A DNA stretch of 64,000 bases from Geosiphon pyriformis uo1 (lineage: Eukaryota > Fungi > Glomeromycota): assembly GCA_016748015.1 (NCBI GenBank), contig JAAOMT010000665.1, forward strand, positions 62,001 through 126,000, read 5' to 3'. Shown piece by piece: positions 26,054 through 37,657 of this stretch. The position numbers were made by a program, and so were the translations under genes. The notes under the pieces were generated by a model. It searched no databases and was not told the DNA's origin. It was given only the letters and a program-made list of their open reading frames with translations. Positions within the stretch are counted from its first letter, which is position 1. Every line of letters starts with the position of its first letter.

Positions 26054-27543
26054 ATGAGCATTGAAACTTTGGATCTCGCCGAGGAAACTCACCAAAAGGG
26101 TTTAAAAGAGATAGCACAGTTAGTCAAACAAGCAAAAAAGTGTCTTGTTATAACCGGTGCCGGGATTTCGTGCAGTGGAGGCATTCCAGTAAGTAAAGGA
26201 CTACTTGAAGAGGGAGCGTTATTGGTGTGTCTAACTTATTATTTTATATTAATAGGATTTTCGCTCTTCAGACGGCTTATACAACATGATTCAATCAAAA
26301 TACCCGGGAACTTTTCGCAACGGGAAAGATTTATTTGACGCAGACCTTCTTCAAAGTGACCTTTCAATAGAAGCGTTCTATGCCTTTATGGGTCTTCTCA
26401 AAGAGTTTGTGGTGAATGCCACACCTACACCAACTCATTATTTTATCAAGAAACTCTTTGATCAGGGAAAGTTGATAAGAGTTTACACCCAAAATATAGA
26501 CAACCTTGAAGAGTCCGTTGGCCTGAACGTGAATTGGCGGGCTGATTCTCGTGGGGCCCAGGTGGTACAATTGCATGGTACCATGGAGCGATTAAAATGC
26601 AACTCATGTACCGAAAGTTTTATTTTTGCACAAAAATATTGTGAGGTATATAAACAAGGGGAAGCGCCACCCTGTCCATCATGTGAAGAAAGAGGTAAAC
26701 ATAGTTTTTACTTTAAAACTTCTCTAAGGAAAATCTAGATATATGTAATCTTGTTATCCCACAGAAAATGAACGGCGGAAACAAGGGAAAAGAAAACATA
26801 CAATTGGATATCTTAAACCAAGCATTCTACTCTACGGTGACTCACATCCCCAAGGGGAACAGATTGGAGATATCGCGTTAAAAGATGAAGAAAGGGCTGA
26901 CTGTTTATTGATAATGGGAACCTCCCTCAGAATCCCCGGCGTGAAGCGACTGATTAAACAATTCGCGAAGGCAGTACATATTCGCAATGGAAAAGTAATA
27001 TTCGTTAATGCTACAGATGTCGCTAGAAAAGAATGGCATTCCTACATTGATTATCAAGTAATTGGGATGTCCGATGAATGGGTACGTCTGGTCGAGGTCG
27101 AAATGGAAAGGGTTAAAGACTCTGCGATAATAAGGCTCCATAAGAAACGCCGAACAAGTGATGACGATCTTGTAGACGTTTATGTAAATAATAGAAAACC
27201 AGACAAACTAACTAAGCAACTGAAACAAGCTAAATTAACTGGTCTAATGAAAGCAGCAAAGGTGACAACCTTAAACCCAGGAAAAGTCCGAGCTGGTCAC
27301 TTTGAAGAAAGAAGCACTTCTTCAGAAGATCAAGGAGAAACGGAGTTGCTTCAGAAGAAAGTTCTAGAAGCAAAGGCAAAATCTAAACCATTCAAATCTA
27401 TAGCCTATATTAAAGGAGTTAGAGGTCGGAGGCGCACCACAATTACTGAGAGTCGTTCATCAATTGCAAAACGGGTATCAAAAAAAGTAACCCGGACAAA
27501 TGTCATCAATGGAAAGGGGGGAACTGGGAAGAAAAAAGGTTGA
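26054..27543 (+). CDS. NAD-dependent deacetylase, Hst3/Hst4-type sirtuin (multi-exon; possible extra terminal exon to 27671)
   Basis: GAGISCSGGIPDFRS, YTQNID, QLHG, CxxC...CxxC, KPSILLYG and MGTSLRIPG. Confidence 0.92.
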
Positions 27544-28239
27544 ATATTCAACTAAGCTATCATCATGAGTTTGGTTGCTTATCTCAGTAATTTAATTCTA
27601 TTAAAAATTTCTTTTCAGATGTGAAAACTGTCTGGACGAACAAGAGCAGCAAACGTCAGAAAAAAGCCTAGTGATTTTTTTTAAATTAGATTTTTATTGA
27701 GAAATTTGGCCTCGGACTTACCTCGCAAACTTTCCGGTAGCTAATTAGCTTTCGATGTAAATAATAATGTTTTGAAAATGAAAATAGATGCAAATTGGCT
27801 GTTAATCTAATAAGCTTTTATAGTGTCATATTTTTACTCATTCTGGTAACGGAAAGTCGACCTTACGGAAATTTTATCTAGTCGATCCAATTGTTATTCA
27901 TCTCAATTATTGCTTCCTGCGTTGGTTTATAATATTTTGAGGCATAAACTATCCTAAAAAACATTGAAGTGAAAAAATTATTTATTTCTAGGTAGAGCCA
28001 GTTGATCATTCATAAAGTGGAGATGATTTTATTCTCATTCATCTTAATGAAAATACGCGCTCATATTCGCTTGTTTAATTACACTAACGATTATTACTAT
28101 AGTTCATGAAATCGAGCTCTGGGTATAATTCAAAAGCTATCTGTGATGTCGGTTCTTCAAATTATATGATAATCTAGAATGCTAAATTGATTTCCCTGAT
28201 AAATCTTTGTTGATCTGAATTTAAAATTCTATTTCTTGA

Positions 28240-31200
28240 ATGATGACTCCTGAAACTTTGTCAAAAGGAATACATCTTGAACTATCTCAAACACCATTTA
28301 TTAGATTTCCATCGAGACGCTCAGTGGTATTTGGCACACATGCAATGGTGGCTAGTAGGTAAAAGTTTGAAGAAAGGATATCTAGTATCATTGATCAGAG
28401 TTTTGATAAAAAATTGTGTTATCGATTCCTCATTAATCAAATCCAAATTTTATATTCCTTGATTTTTACGGATAAAACTTGTATGAAGTCAACCGCTTGC
28501 ATGTCAAGCTGGAATAGAGATACTCAGAAAGGGAGGAAATGCTGCGGTAAGCACTTGATAAGGCTATAATGCGGTTCTCGAGAATTGATACTCGATTGCA
28601 GATTGAATGACTAGCAATTTACTGGGAAGTGAGCATTACAACTTCTCACATTAAAATTTTATCACTTATTGTTTTTTCCTGATCGAATCGTCATTCGATT
28701 AAAGGATGCGGCTATAGCTACAGGTACTAATTTTTTGAAAACAATTTGACGTGATGACACAATTAATTTTTGATATTTTTCCGACTTGATCGCCATTTAC
28801 AGCTGCTGCGTTGAACGTAACAGGTTGAGACTTGAATCAAATTATATATTTCTTTATAATTGTCATATCTATAATTTAACTATAAAACCTATCAATTCAA
28901 AAGAACCCTCTTCTACTGGGATTGGTGGTGATTGCTTTTGTTTATTTTATGATGCAAAAAAAAAACGCGTCAGAGGTCTAAATGGATCTGGAAGGTATTT
29001 TATTTAACGATTTTACATTAGTTTTTCATCTTGCCTAGATTTAATTCTGTATTTTCCTTTCCCAACAGATCACCTGCAGCTTTAACATTGTCGCATGTGC
29101 GTGATGTTCTAAAAATTAAGGAGAGGCAAATACCATTTTTAAACATCAATGCTGCAACTGTACCAGGGGCGGCAGCTGGCTGGGTCGATACCATCAAAAT
29201 ATTTGGAAGTGGTAAATTGAGTCTCCTGGAAATTTTGCAACCTGCAATCGATCTTGCCGAAGAGGGATATCCGGTGTCTGAGATTAGTTCCTGGCAGGTT
29301 ATTACTTCCGATCGAACTGTGAAATTAAGCTTTTTTTGAGTCTTAATTTTAAGCTTAGATTTTTTCATGTACTTAAAGTGGAAACTCGGTCAGGAAGCAT
29401 TAAAAGCTGCTTCCTCAAATGGGACGGATATGTTAATAGATGGCCGAGCCCCGAAAACTGGTGAATTGATGTTTATGCCAAATTTGGCAAGGTATATTCT
29501 GTATATCAATAATGGATTTTCTCATTAACCTCATTTTCTTTATTGAAAAATAATGCTTAAACCAAGATTTTGAAAATGGAGAATGATGTTTCACTTAAGG
29601 GTTACTAATTTCTTAAAGAATCATCTAGAACGTTTCGTGAACTTGCACAACACGGAAAGGATGGATTTTATAAAGGTGAGAAAATAAATATTAGATTTCC
29701 CTATCAACATTTTTCTGATGAAACCTAAATAATAGGGCGAATTGCGAAAGCGATTGTCGATCTCATACAATCAAAGGGTGGGGTGCTGACCCTTGAGGAT
29801 TTGGCTTTACATAGTTCCACATTGGTCGAACCAATATCAATCAATTACAACGGCGTAACTGTTTATGAATGCCCACCTAATGGACAAGGTTTTCCCTGCG
29901 AGGGTTTCTTTGATTGCTCTATTTTACCATTCCTTTAATTTTTTGCTCCTTTCAAAAAAAATCAAAGGGATAACTGCCCTCTTGGCACTCGGAATTTTGG
30001 AATCTCTCCAAGAGCAAGGGAAAATTCCACATCTCAATACCTTGGAACACAATTCAACAACATATTTGCATGCTTTGATTGAGAGTCTTCGGTTAGCATT
30101 TGCTGATACGAGATATTATGTCGCTGATCCCGAGTTTGAGAATGTTCCTGTCGACCAACTATTGTCTAAAGTAAGGTGATAAAATATTGTACACGTCACG
30201 CGTTTTGGTATTTGAACATATGGTGGCACAAAATTGAGCCATGTTTTTTCCAATATAATGGAAAGGAATATATTGCCACTCGCGCAGACTTATTTGATTC
30301 TTCTAAGGCTATGACTGACCCTGAAAAAGGATCTCCTGTAAGCTCTAGTGATACTGTATACTTTTCAGTCGTTGATGATGAGGGAAATGCTTGTAGTTTT
30401 ATAGTAAGTTAAGATTGGAAACGGGGGTTTTTTTCAAACACATGTATTTAATAAGGTGTTGCATTTTGCAATAGATATCCAATTATGTACTCTTTGGAAC
30501 GGTGTGTCTCGTTTCCTGAATTTTATCTCATTTTAATCACAAGGGTATCTTAATAATGCTTAGACCACTATAAATAGGCGGCAGTTCCTAAAGATTGTGG
30601 ATTCACGCTACAATGTAGAGGAGCTGGATTCGTATTGGAAGAAGGCCATCCGAATTGCCTGGCGCCCTCAAAACGTCCTTACCATACAATCATCCCTTCA
30701 ATAGTAACACGAGATGATGACCTTTGGTTATCATTTGGAGGTGTGTATCCATAGACATAGACTTCAATACATGATTCCTATTCAATTATCACTAAAAACC
30801 ATTGTTTAACTGGGAAATCAGTAATGGGTGGATTTATGCAGGTAAAATTATATATATATGTGTATGTACAGTGTTAGTTTTAGTCTTGAGCCTCTTCCCT
30901 TTCATGTATTAATCTCAATTCGCATGTATTATTAGCCACAAGGTCAGGTTCAAGTAATTTTAAATCTTCTCCATAATAACTTTGATGTCCAAAGAGCACT
31001 GGATGCCCCCCGAATTTGTCTCAGACCAGATGGACCTGGGGTTGATGCGGAAGAAGGTATTGACGAAAAGGTCATCCAAAATTTGATCGAACTGGGCCAT
31101 AAAGTAGCATGCGTTAGGGATTGGTCTCGAGGGATTTTTGGTCGTGGTCAAATTATTGAAAAGCGTCAAGACAATCGAACTGGCAAACGGGTATGGGCGG

Positions 31201-31244
31201 CTGGTAGCGACCCAAGAGGAGATGGTCACGCTGTAGGGTGGTAA
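28240..31244 (+). CDS. ggt: Gamma-glutamyltranspeptidase/glutathione hydrolase (YwrD-like, no membrane anchor), about 15 exons
   Basis: [33 protein letters not shown], nucleophile Thr in [30 protein letters not shown] and SDPRGDG. Confidence 0.93.
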
Positions 31245-31466
31245 TCAAATGTAGATCATGACCAAAAATTTTAGAAAATTTGTTCATTTTTGAAGAATTC
31301 TGTATTTTCAATGATAAAAAGCATATTGAAACGGATAAAACCCATTTAACCGAGAAACTGTGCAAGGTCAATTTTAAATGCAAAATTTTATCTCCTGCAA
31401 ATCTTGATTATTAAATTAATTCAAACTCCTAGAGGCCTCATTAAAGTTTGCGCTATTCATAAAATT

Positions 31467-34400
31467 CTATTCAGGAGAAATAGGAATGTATACAGGAGAT
31501 GAAGACAATTGGTCCTGGCAATTATATTTTTCATTTATCAGTTTTTTTTCTTCCTCCGTAAAGCGCTGCCTTTTTCGCTCGCTTTTCTTTGTATTTTTAT
31601 CATCCCTCCTTCCTCTTTTTTCCTTATCGCGACGGCTGCTAGGTTTATCACTCTTTTCCTCTTTCTCTATTTCCATTTTGTCATCGTCACTATCCTCATA
31701 TCTCACATCCCATTGACGGTAGCTGTGGTTCCGCTCACGATGGCGAGGACGAGAGAAATCCCTGATATCATTTTCATATCTATGGTCACGCCGATGAGAT
31801 ATATGATGATTACGACGATGATTATCTTCATATTTGCGGTGATGACTCGATAGATCATTATTGTAAGAACGAGATATTTTCAGGTGGGAAGATCGATATG
31901 AGGAACAATCGGAGTACTCTGAATTCATCCTAGGATCCGCATTATTATCAGTGCACTGAGAGATCGATGGATTTACAGGGGGAGTGGTGAGATTGTTGGA
32001 GAGAGGCGAGTTCGCACCAATGGAATCTTGGGAAAATGCGGAATGGGAAAGTAGTTAAAAATATGTCACAAGCCTTAACCTCTTGATATTCGAAACAATT
32101 GAATATGTATGAAAAAGCTGAAATCTCAGAATAAACTTCTTTAGTGAAAAATTTCCCTTGACTCGAGGTTAAACTATTTGATAAAGTATAGATAAAAGTT
32201 TTTTTCAAAATACCAGAATGTCGTCTGGCTACACTTTCGTTATCGCGATCTGCATCACTGTATAAGCCTCCTGGATTTTTGAAAACATGTAGAAAGTTAC
32301 AATGCATTCCTCGCGGGCACTTGTTTCGTTCAAAGAATCCTACGTATGCGGAATAAAGATAGGGAGGTGTAACTAGAGTAAAGTAGAATTTGAGGGTAAA
32401 GCTAAAAATTGTCTCACCACATATAGCGCCTTTCCATTTCGTGACAGGTGAATAATCAGCAATCAACTGTTTGCCAGCATACCACCTGCCACGTATGGCT
32501 TCAAGTGCCCTTTCAGCCTCTTCTTCCTTTTCATATTGTACGTACACGTTTCCGCGTAGATGAATTTGGAAATTTTTGCAAACCTTTGGTGTCAAATGAA
32601 ACAGAGAGTTTATAAAACATAAAGCTGTTAATCGGTATTTCTGGTCAATCAAAGAATTTTGAAATCTGATAGAAGGCTAAATATGAATATATTACCTTGA
32701 ATTGAATGATGTTTCCATATGCAAGGAATTCTGAATGGGTGTCCTCAAAAAATTCGAAATAGTGTCGTTCTGCCTCTTCTTCGTCATACTGTCACAATAA
32801 GAATTAATAGGTGTGAAAAATCGAGGAATTTTCATGTCAAGGATTTGGGCAGTCGGAAATAAAATGAATTAATTGATATAAGTCCTTTCGATTTTGAAAT
32901 TTTTTTGATTCGGATACGTGATTATAGACGTAATGAAGCCAATTGAGATTCTCTGGTAAGGATGTAGGCATAACGTCAAATGCCACGTCGAATTAGCACT
33001 GTCCACCAATTGGTGAATAACGCGAATTTTCATGGTGCTGGGTAGAAAGGCTGCATCATTACTCTCATTGAGGATCAATCACATTATGTACCCGCTCAAT
33101 CGTTTTCATTGAAATTTCAAAAAATCAAGGGCAAAGACAAAATACTGAAGCATTTTTCTTTCAAGGATATATAATCTGGGTTGATTGTCCAATCTCAGAG
33201 GCCCAGAAGGGTCGAAATCATACCTCCAAGTTGTCATCGTTTTCTTCATCCGCTAGCTGGACCGGCATTCCCTCGTACATATTTTTGATCATTAGGGTGA
33301 AACTTTTTTCCGGATATGGATGATAACGATCACATACATCGCCGTACCGACAAGCACCAGTTTTAAGGTAAAATGAGCAATTGAGCTGATCCTATAGTTT
33401 ATGTGAAGTATTTTATTTTATAATTACCAAAAAATTGAATGTAATAACCCGGTCAAAATTTTCTTTGTTCCATATATTCAGAAAAAAAATTGCAACACTA
33501 AAATGAAAAATCTCTTCAAAGTTGTCAAATTTAGGATACATTACTTTTTCTGTTCCGTATTCGGAATTAATGGGGGAAGTTTTGATTCCCGAAGCCTAAA
33601 CCAATATTAAGGATTTGATTAATCAGCTTGGTAAATTATAAACGCATACTCAAAACAAATTCTTACTTGGAGCTCAAATTGGTTGTTTGTTTTGAAGGAT
33701 TTTCCACCAGAAACGGTTTCGGAGAGGAGTTTGGAGGCTATAGGTTTTATGCTTTGAACAGCTTTAGCCCAATTATCCTATATTAAATAATAATCAAATG
33801 GAGAATCAATCACAAAGCTAAAATCCAACTTTCAACTGAGTACCTGGATAATTTTTTTTCTTTTCTCATCTTCCTCTTTTTTCCTTTTTCGTTCAGCATT
33901 TGCTTGATCTATTTGTCGTTCACGCACTTCCCACAAAATTCTTTGAGCATTTCTGTGGGATTTTAAGAAGGCAATCTTTTCTAGATTAAGCTTTTACAAA
34001 GTTTGATAGAAAAGTCTGTTTTCATATATAAATATAATTTATGGCTGGCTAAATACCTTTTTCTCTCTTCAGCCTCCTCAAATTTTTTTAAAATATCTTC
34101 GGATAATGCGTCTCCTAATTTATAATTTAAAATTAAATTTGAGAGAATAAAATGAACATAAACATATATTGTTACTTTGGTTTTTTTCCATTTGCTGATG
34201 TTGACGTATCTTTGCTTGTTCTATTCTAGTGGCTTTCTTTCGCTGCTTCTTTTTCAATACCCTCCAATCTTTACGGGGTATCTTTAAGGTTGTTGCCCCC
34301 AAAGGGATTGGTGCCTCTTCGTAATCACTTTTATTACCAGCTGTTTTCTCGCTTTGCTTCAATTGTTCATTATGGAAATTTTGATTTTCTTCAATTTGGA

Positions 34401-34605
34401 GGGTGCTAGAATTATCGCTTGTGCTCTGCATTAGCTTTTCTTTTTGCTGAACAGAATCGTCGACAGACTTGTACTCAAACATGGATCGCCCGCCTTCTTC
34501 TACCTTTGGTTCATTACTTCTCTCTGGGTGCTCATAAAATTGAGAGTGCTTGAAAGCATCAAATGCTTCACGCATGCTGTCTTCATCAAGATTCAAAGTT
34601 TCCAT
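31467..34605 (-). CDS. ZRSR2: U2AF35-related protein ZRSR2/URP (CCCH-UHM-CCCH with RS-like tail), minor-spliceosome 3' splice-site factor
   Basis: N-terminal charged coiled coil, CSFYLKTGACRYGDVCDRYH, HLRGNVYVQY, GRWYAG, CPRGMHCNFLHVFKNP...DADRD. These are URP-type rather than U2AF35-type motifs. Confidence 0.88.
32813..33170 (-). other. Candidate U12-type (AT-AC) intron nested in the 435-nt U2 intron 32789-33223 of ZRSR2
   Basis: 5'ss ATATCCTTG (33170-33162), branch site TCCTTGAC (32843-32836), 3'ss CAC ending at 32813. Confidence 0.55.
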
Positions 34606-34770
34606 TTTGCTTTTTGTAAACTTACAGCAATTAGCCTATGACAAATTGATAAAATTAGAAATTGAATGATCTGCAGATCATCGGGACAATAGCATACATA
34701 ATCTTACTTTATATTTTTTTTGCTTGCCTCTCTCTTTGAGCACTGATCATTTCCCTTATTATTAAGCATT
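34606..34770. promoter_or_regulatory. 165-bp head-to-head region between ZRSR2 and gatA
   Basis: Divergent ATGs at 34605 and 34771. Confidence 0.6.
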
Positions 34771-37515
34771 ATGTTGAACTCATCTCGGGTCAATTTTGTC
34801 GCGACTAACTTTTCAAAACGAATTCACTCGCCTTCATTTTTGTACTGTTCTCGATCAGAGAGTTTATTACTTGTCATAAATTGGAAAAGTCAAAAAAAGC
34901 AGTATTGGTCCTTGATACAGGTGAATGTTGATGAAAAATGTGCGTCTGGTTATTCCATAGCTGATAAGAGGCTAATTATGAACAAAATCTTGTATGATTT
35001 TATACCAATGACCCACACAAGCTCTTGATTTTTCTTGCAGGCTGCAGATCTTCTTCGACAAAAGAAAGTGAAACCGTTTAAACTGACAGAAATATGTCTT
35101 GAGCGCATCAAAGCGTTAGATCACAAGATTAATGCATTTGTTGAATTGGAAAGTTCAGAAAAGATTCTCGAGAGGGCAAAGAATTCAGAACAGAGATATT
35201 TAAAAGGTGCAAGACAACGTCAGGTCATTTTAAATCAGATTTGAAACTAGATTAAATACAACTCTATTTTTCAATTTTGAGCAGGCACGCATAAAGGAAA
35301 TTTGGATGGAATTCCAATTGCAGCCAAAGATATTTTTTGTACCAAAGATTTGCCTACTACCTGTGGATCAAATATGCTTAATGGTTTGAGAAGCAACAAT
35401 TGTTTTCTTTTACTTTTTAAATATAATTCATATTTACCTGGCACTTTAGGGTTTCATTCACCTTACAACGCGACAGTTATTGAATTTCTCTGCAATGCAG
35501 GAGCGATTTTATTAGGAAAAACTAACATGGATGAATTTGGCATGGGGTACTTTTCAAATCATCTAAATAATTAAAATTTGAGTCTATTATTCACGGCCAC
35601 GAGCTTTACTTTTTTCCTAGTTCGGCAAACATTTACAGTGCAAAAGGCCCTACCTTGAATCCATGTTCCCCTTTTTTAAAAACTCCTGAGATCACTCAAA
35701 TCGAAGAACAACGAGTGGCTGGTGGAAGTTCTGGTGGCAGCGCAGCGGCTGTTGCTTCCGGAATGTGTTTTGCGTGAGTCCTTGAAGCATTTTTTCTCTA
35801 GATATTTATCAATTTAATTCGAACATTTTTGTTAAACAGGGCCTTAGGTTCAGATACGGGAGGTTCAGTGCGTCTACCCGCTTCTTATTGTGGTGTGGTA
35901 GGGTTTAAACCTTCATACGGACAATGTTCACGATGGGGCCTAATTGCATATGCTAATTCAATGGATACGGTGGGAATATTAACTAGAACAGTAGATGACG
36001 CAAAATTAATCTATGGTTCGTACATACTGAAGTCAGGACAAAAGTTGGAGAACAGTTTCTACACATAATTCATCATTCAATGTATCTAGAGGTCATATCC
36101 GGTCATGATCCGAAAGATTCAACCATGCTGCCAACTAGAATTCGCGAGGCAAACAAGTTTTTTACCATAAAATCTTCCCCAGATATTCACGATGTCAATG
36201 ACTTAACGGGAATACGTGTCGGGGTTCCACAAGTGAGGATTTTGTAATGATTTTTCATTATTTATAACTCATTTTTTGTTAATAGCCTAGTGTCTAGGAA
36301 TATTTTGTGTCTGAACTCTGTGATGATGTAATTGAAGTGTGGCGACAAGGAATCCATCATCTACGTGCCCATGGAGCAACGGTCGTATCTGTTTCTTGTC
36401 CCAATACAAAATATGCATTACTTGCTTATTATATATTGGCTCCTGCTGAGGCTTCTTCGAACCTTGCTCGGTATGATGGAGTGAGATATGGTATGCCATC
36501 TAGTTTCCTAAAAATAAAAACTTAATTGACAAAGTAGTAATGTAAGATCTATTTTATCAGGGCATCGTAGCAGCAAAGAAAAAGATTATCAGGATCCGTT
36601 CTATGTCAATACGCGGGAAGAAGGATTTGGCGAAGAAGTGAGAAGACGCATAATTCTAGGGACTTACACATTGACAGCAGGGCAAATATATTATTTATAA
36701 CTCATTTCAATTTTTTTTTGAACCGGTCCTCATAATATTTTTTTATAGGTCCTATAATAACTACTTCCTAAAAGCTCAGAAAATCCGTCACATGATACGA
36801 CGCGACTTTGATAACGTTTTTTTACGCCCTAATATCTTGGCATTATTTAATGATATTGGTAATGATTCCGCAAATAATTCTAAAGTTGGAAATGTACATA
36901 TCCTTTTGGCTCCAGTAGCTACATCCACTGCACCCAGAATGTGCGAGTTTCCGGTTAGTGTTGGAAAAGATAATGACGATAACTCCAGTGTTGTAGGCTT
37001 GGATCCTGCAGAATTTTATGTACATGATGTATTGACAACACCAGCAAGCTTGGCGGGTATTTATTATTTACATAATTTGCAGTAAGAGATATTTCGCATT
37101 TTTGCTCTTTTATTGGATCAAATATAGTGAGAATGTCGTCCGGTGGATTCATTCCGATCCAATAAAAGTGGTGAAAATTAAAAATATCCAATACTGCTGA
37201 TTGTGGAAAAACTAATGCTAAAATTTCTGTGTTTTCTTGGCCAGCATTTCAGATTTTGATTATACTCCTCAAAATCAACAACTATTTATAATCAAAAGAA
37301 ATGCTGGTTAAGAAATCTAAAATTAGTTAATACTTTCGTTTGGAAAAAAAACGACAAATTCTAATACTCAATATTATTTAGGCATACCGTCCATGAGCGT
37401 TCCTTTTAGGATGTCTTCTATCAATGGACTACCTATTGGTCTACAGTTAATGACGCAGTTTGGAGATGAAGCAACATTGTTTCAAGTTGCCCGTGTACTA
37501 GAGAATGGTAACTGA
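34771..37515 (+). CDS. gatA: Mitochondrial glutamyl-tRNA(Gln) amidotransferase subunit A (HER2/QRSL1), multi-exon
   Basis: [58 protein letters not shown] and [13 protein letters not shown]-terminus resembles a mitochondrial presequence. Confidence 0.95.
37079..37315 (+). other. Two long intronic inverted repeats (hairpins 37079-37197 and 37233-37315)
   Basis: CTTTTATTGGATC/GATCCAATAAAAG core with an extended stem. TTTCTTGGCCAGCATTTC/GAAATGCTGGTTAAGAAA plus TTTTGATTATA/TATAATCAAAA. Confidence 0.75.
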
Positions 37516-37657
37516 TGGCTATATGCATTTTAAATAAAATTTTCGGCTTTACGATTATATTACTATCCAAATCGAGCGCTCTAATATAATTACTGCGTAT
37601 TGGTGAAATTTTGTGTCCGTACGTGATATTCCTGACGAACCCTTGCTGCATTATTTA

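Noticed and set aside
28240-31244. Recent bacterial horizontal transfer of GGT
   Set aside because: About 14 introns and host-like composition. Similar GGTs are known in other fungi.
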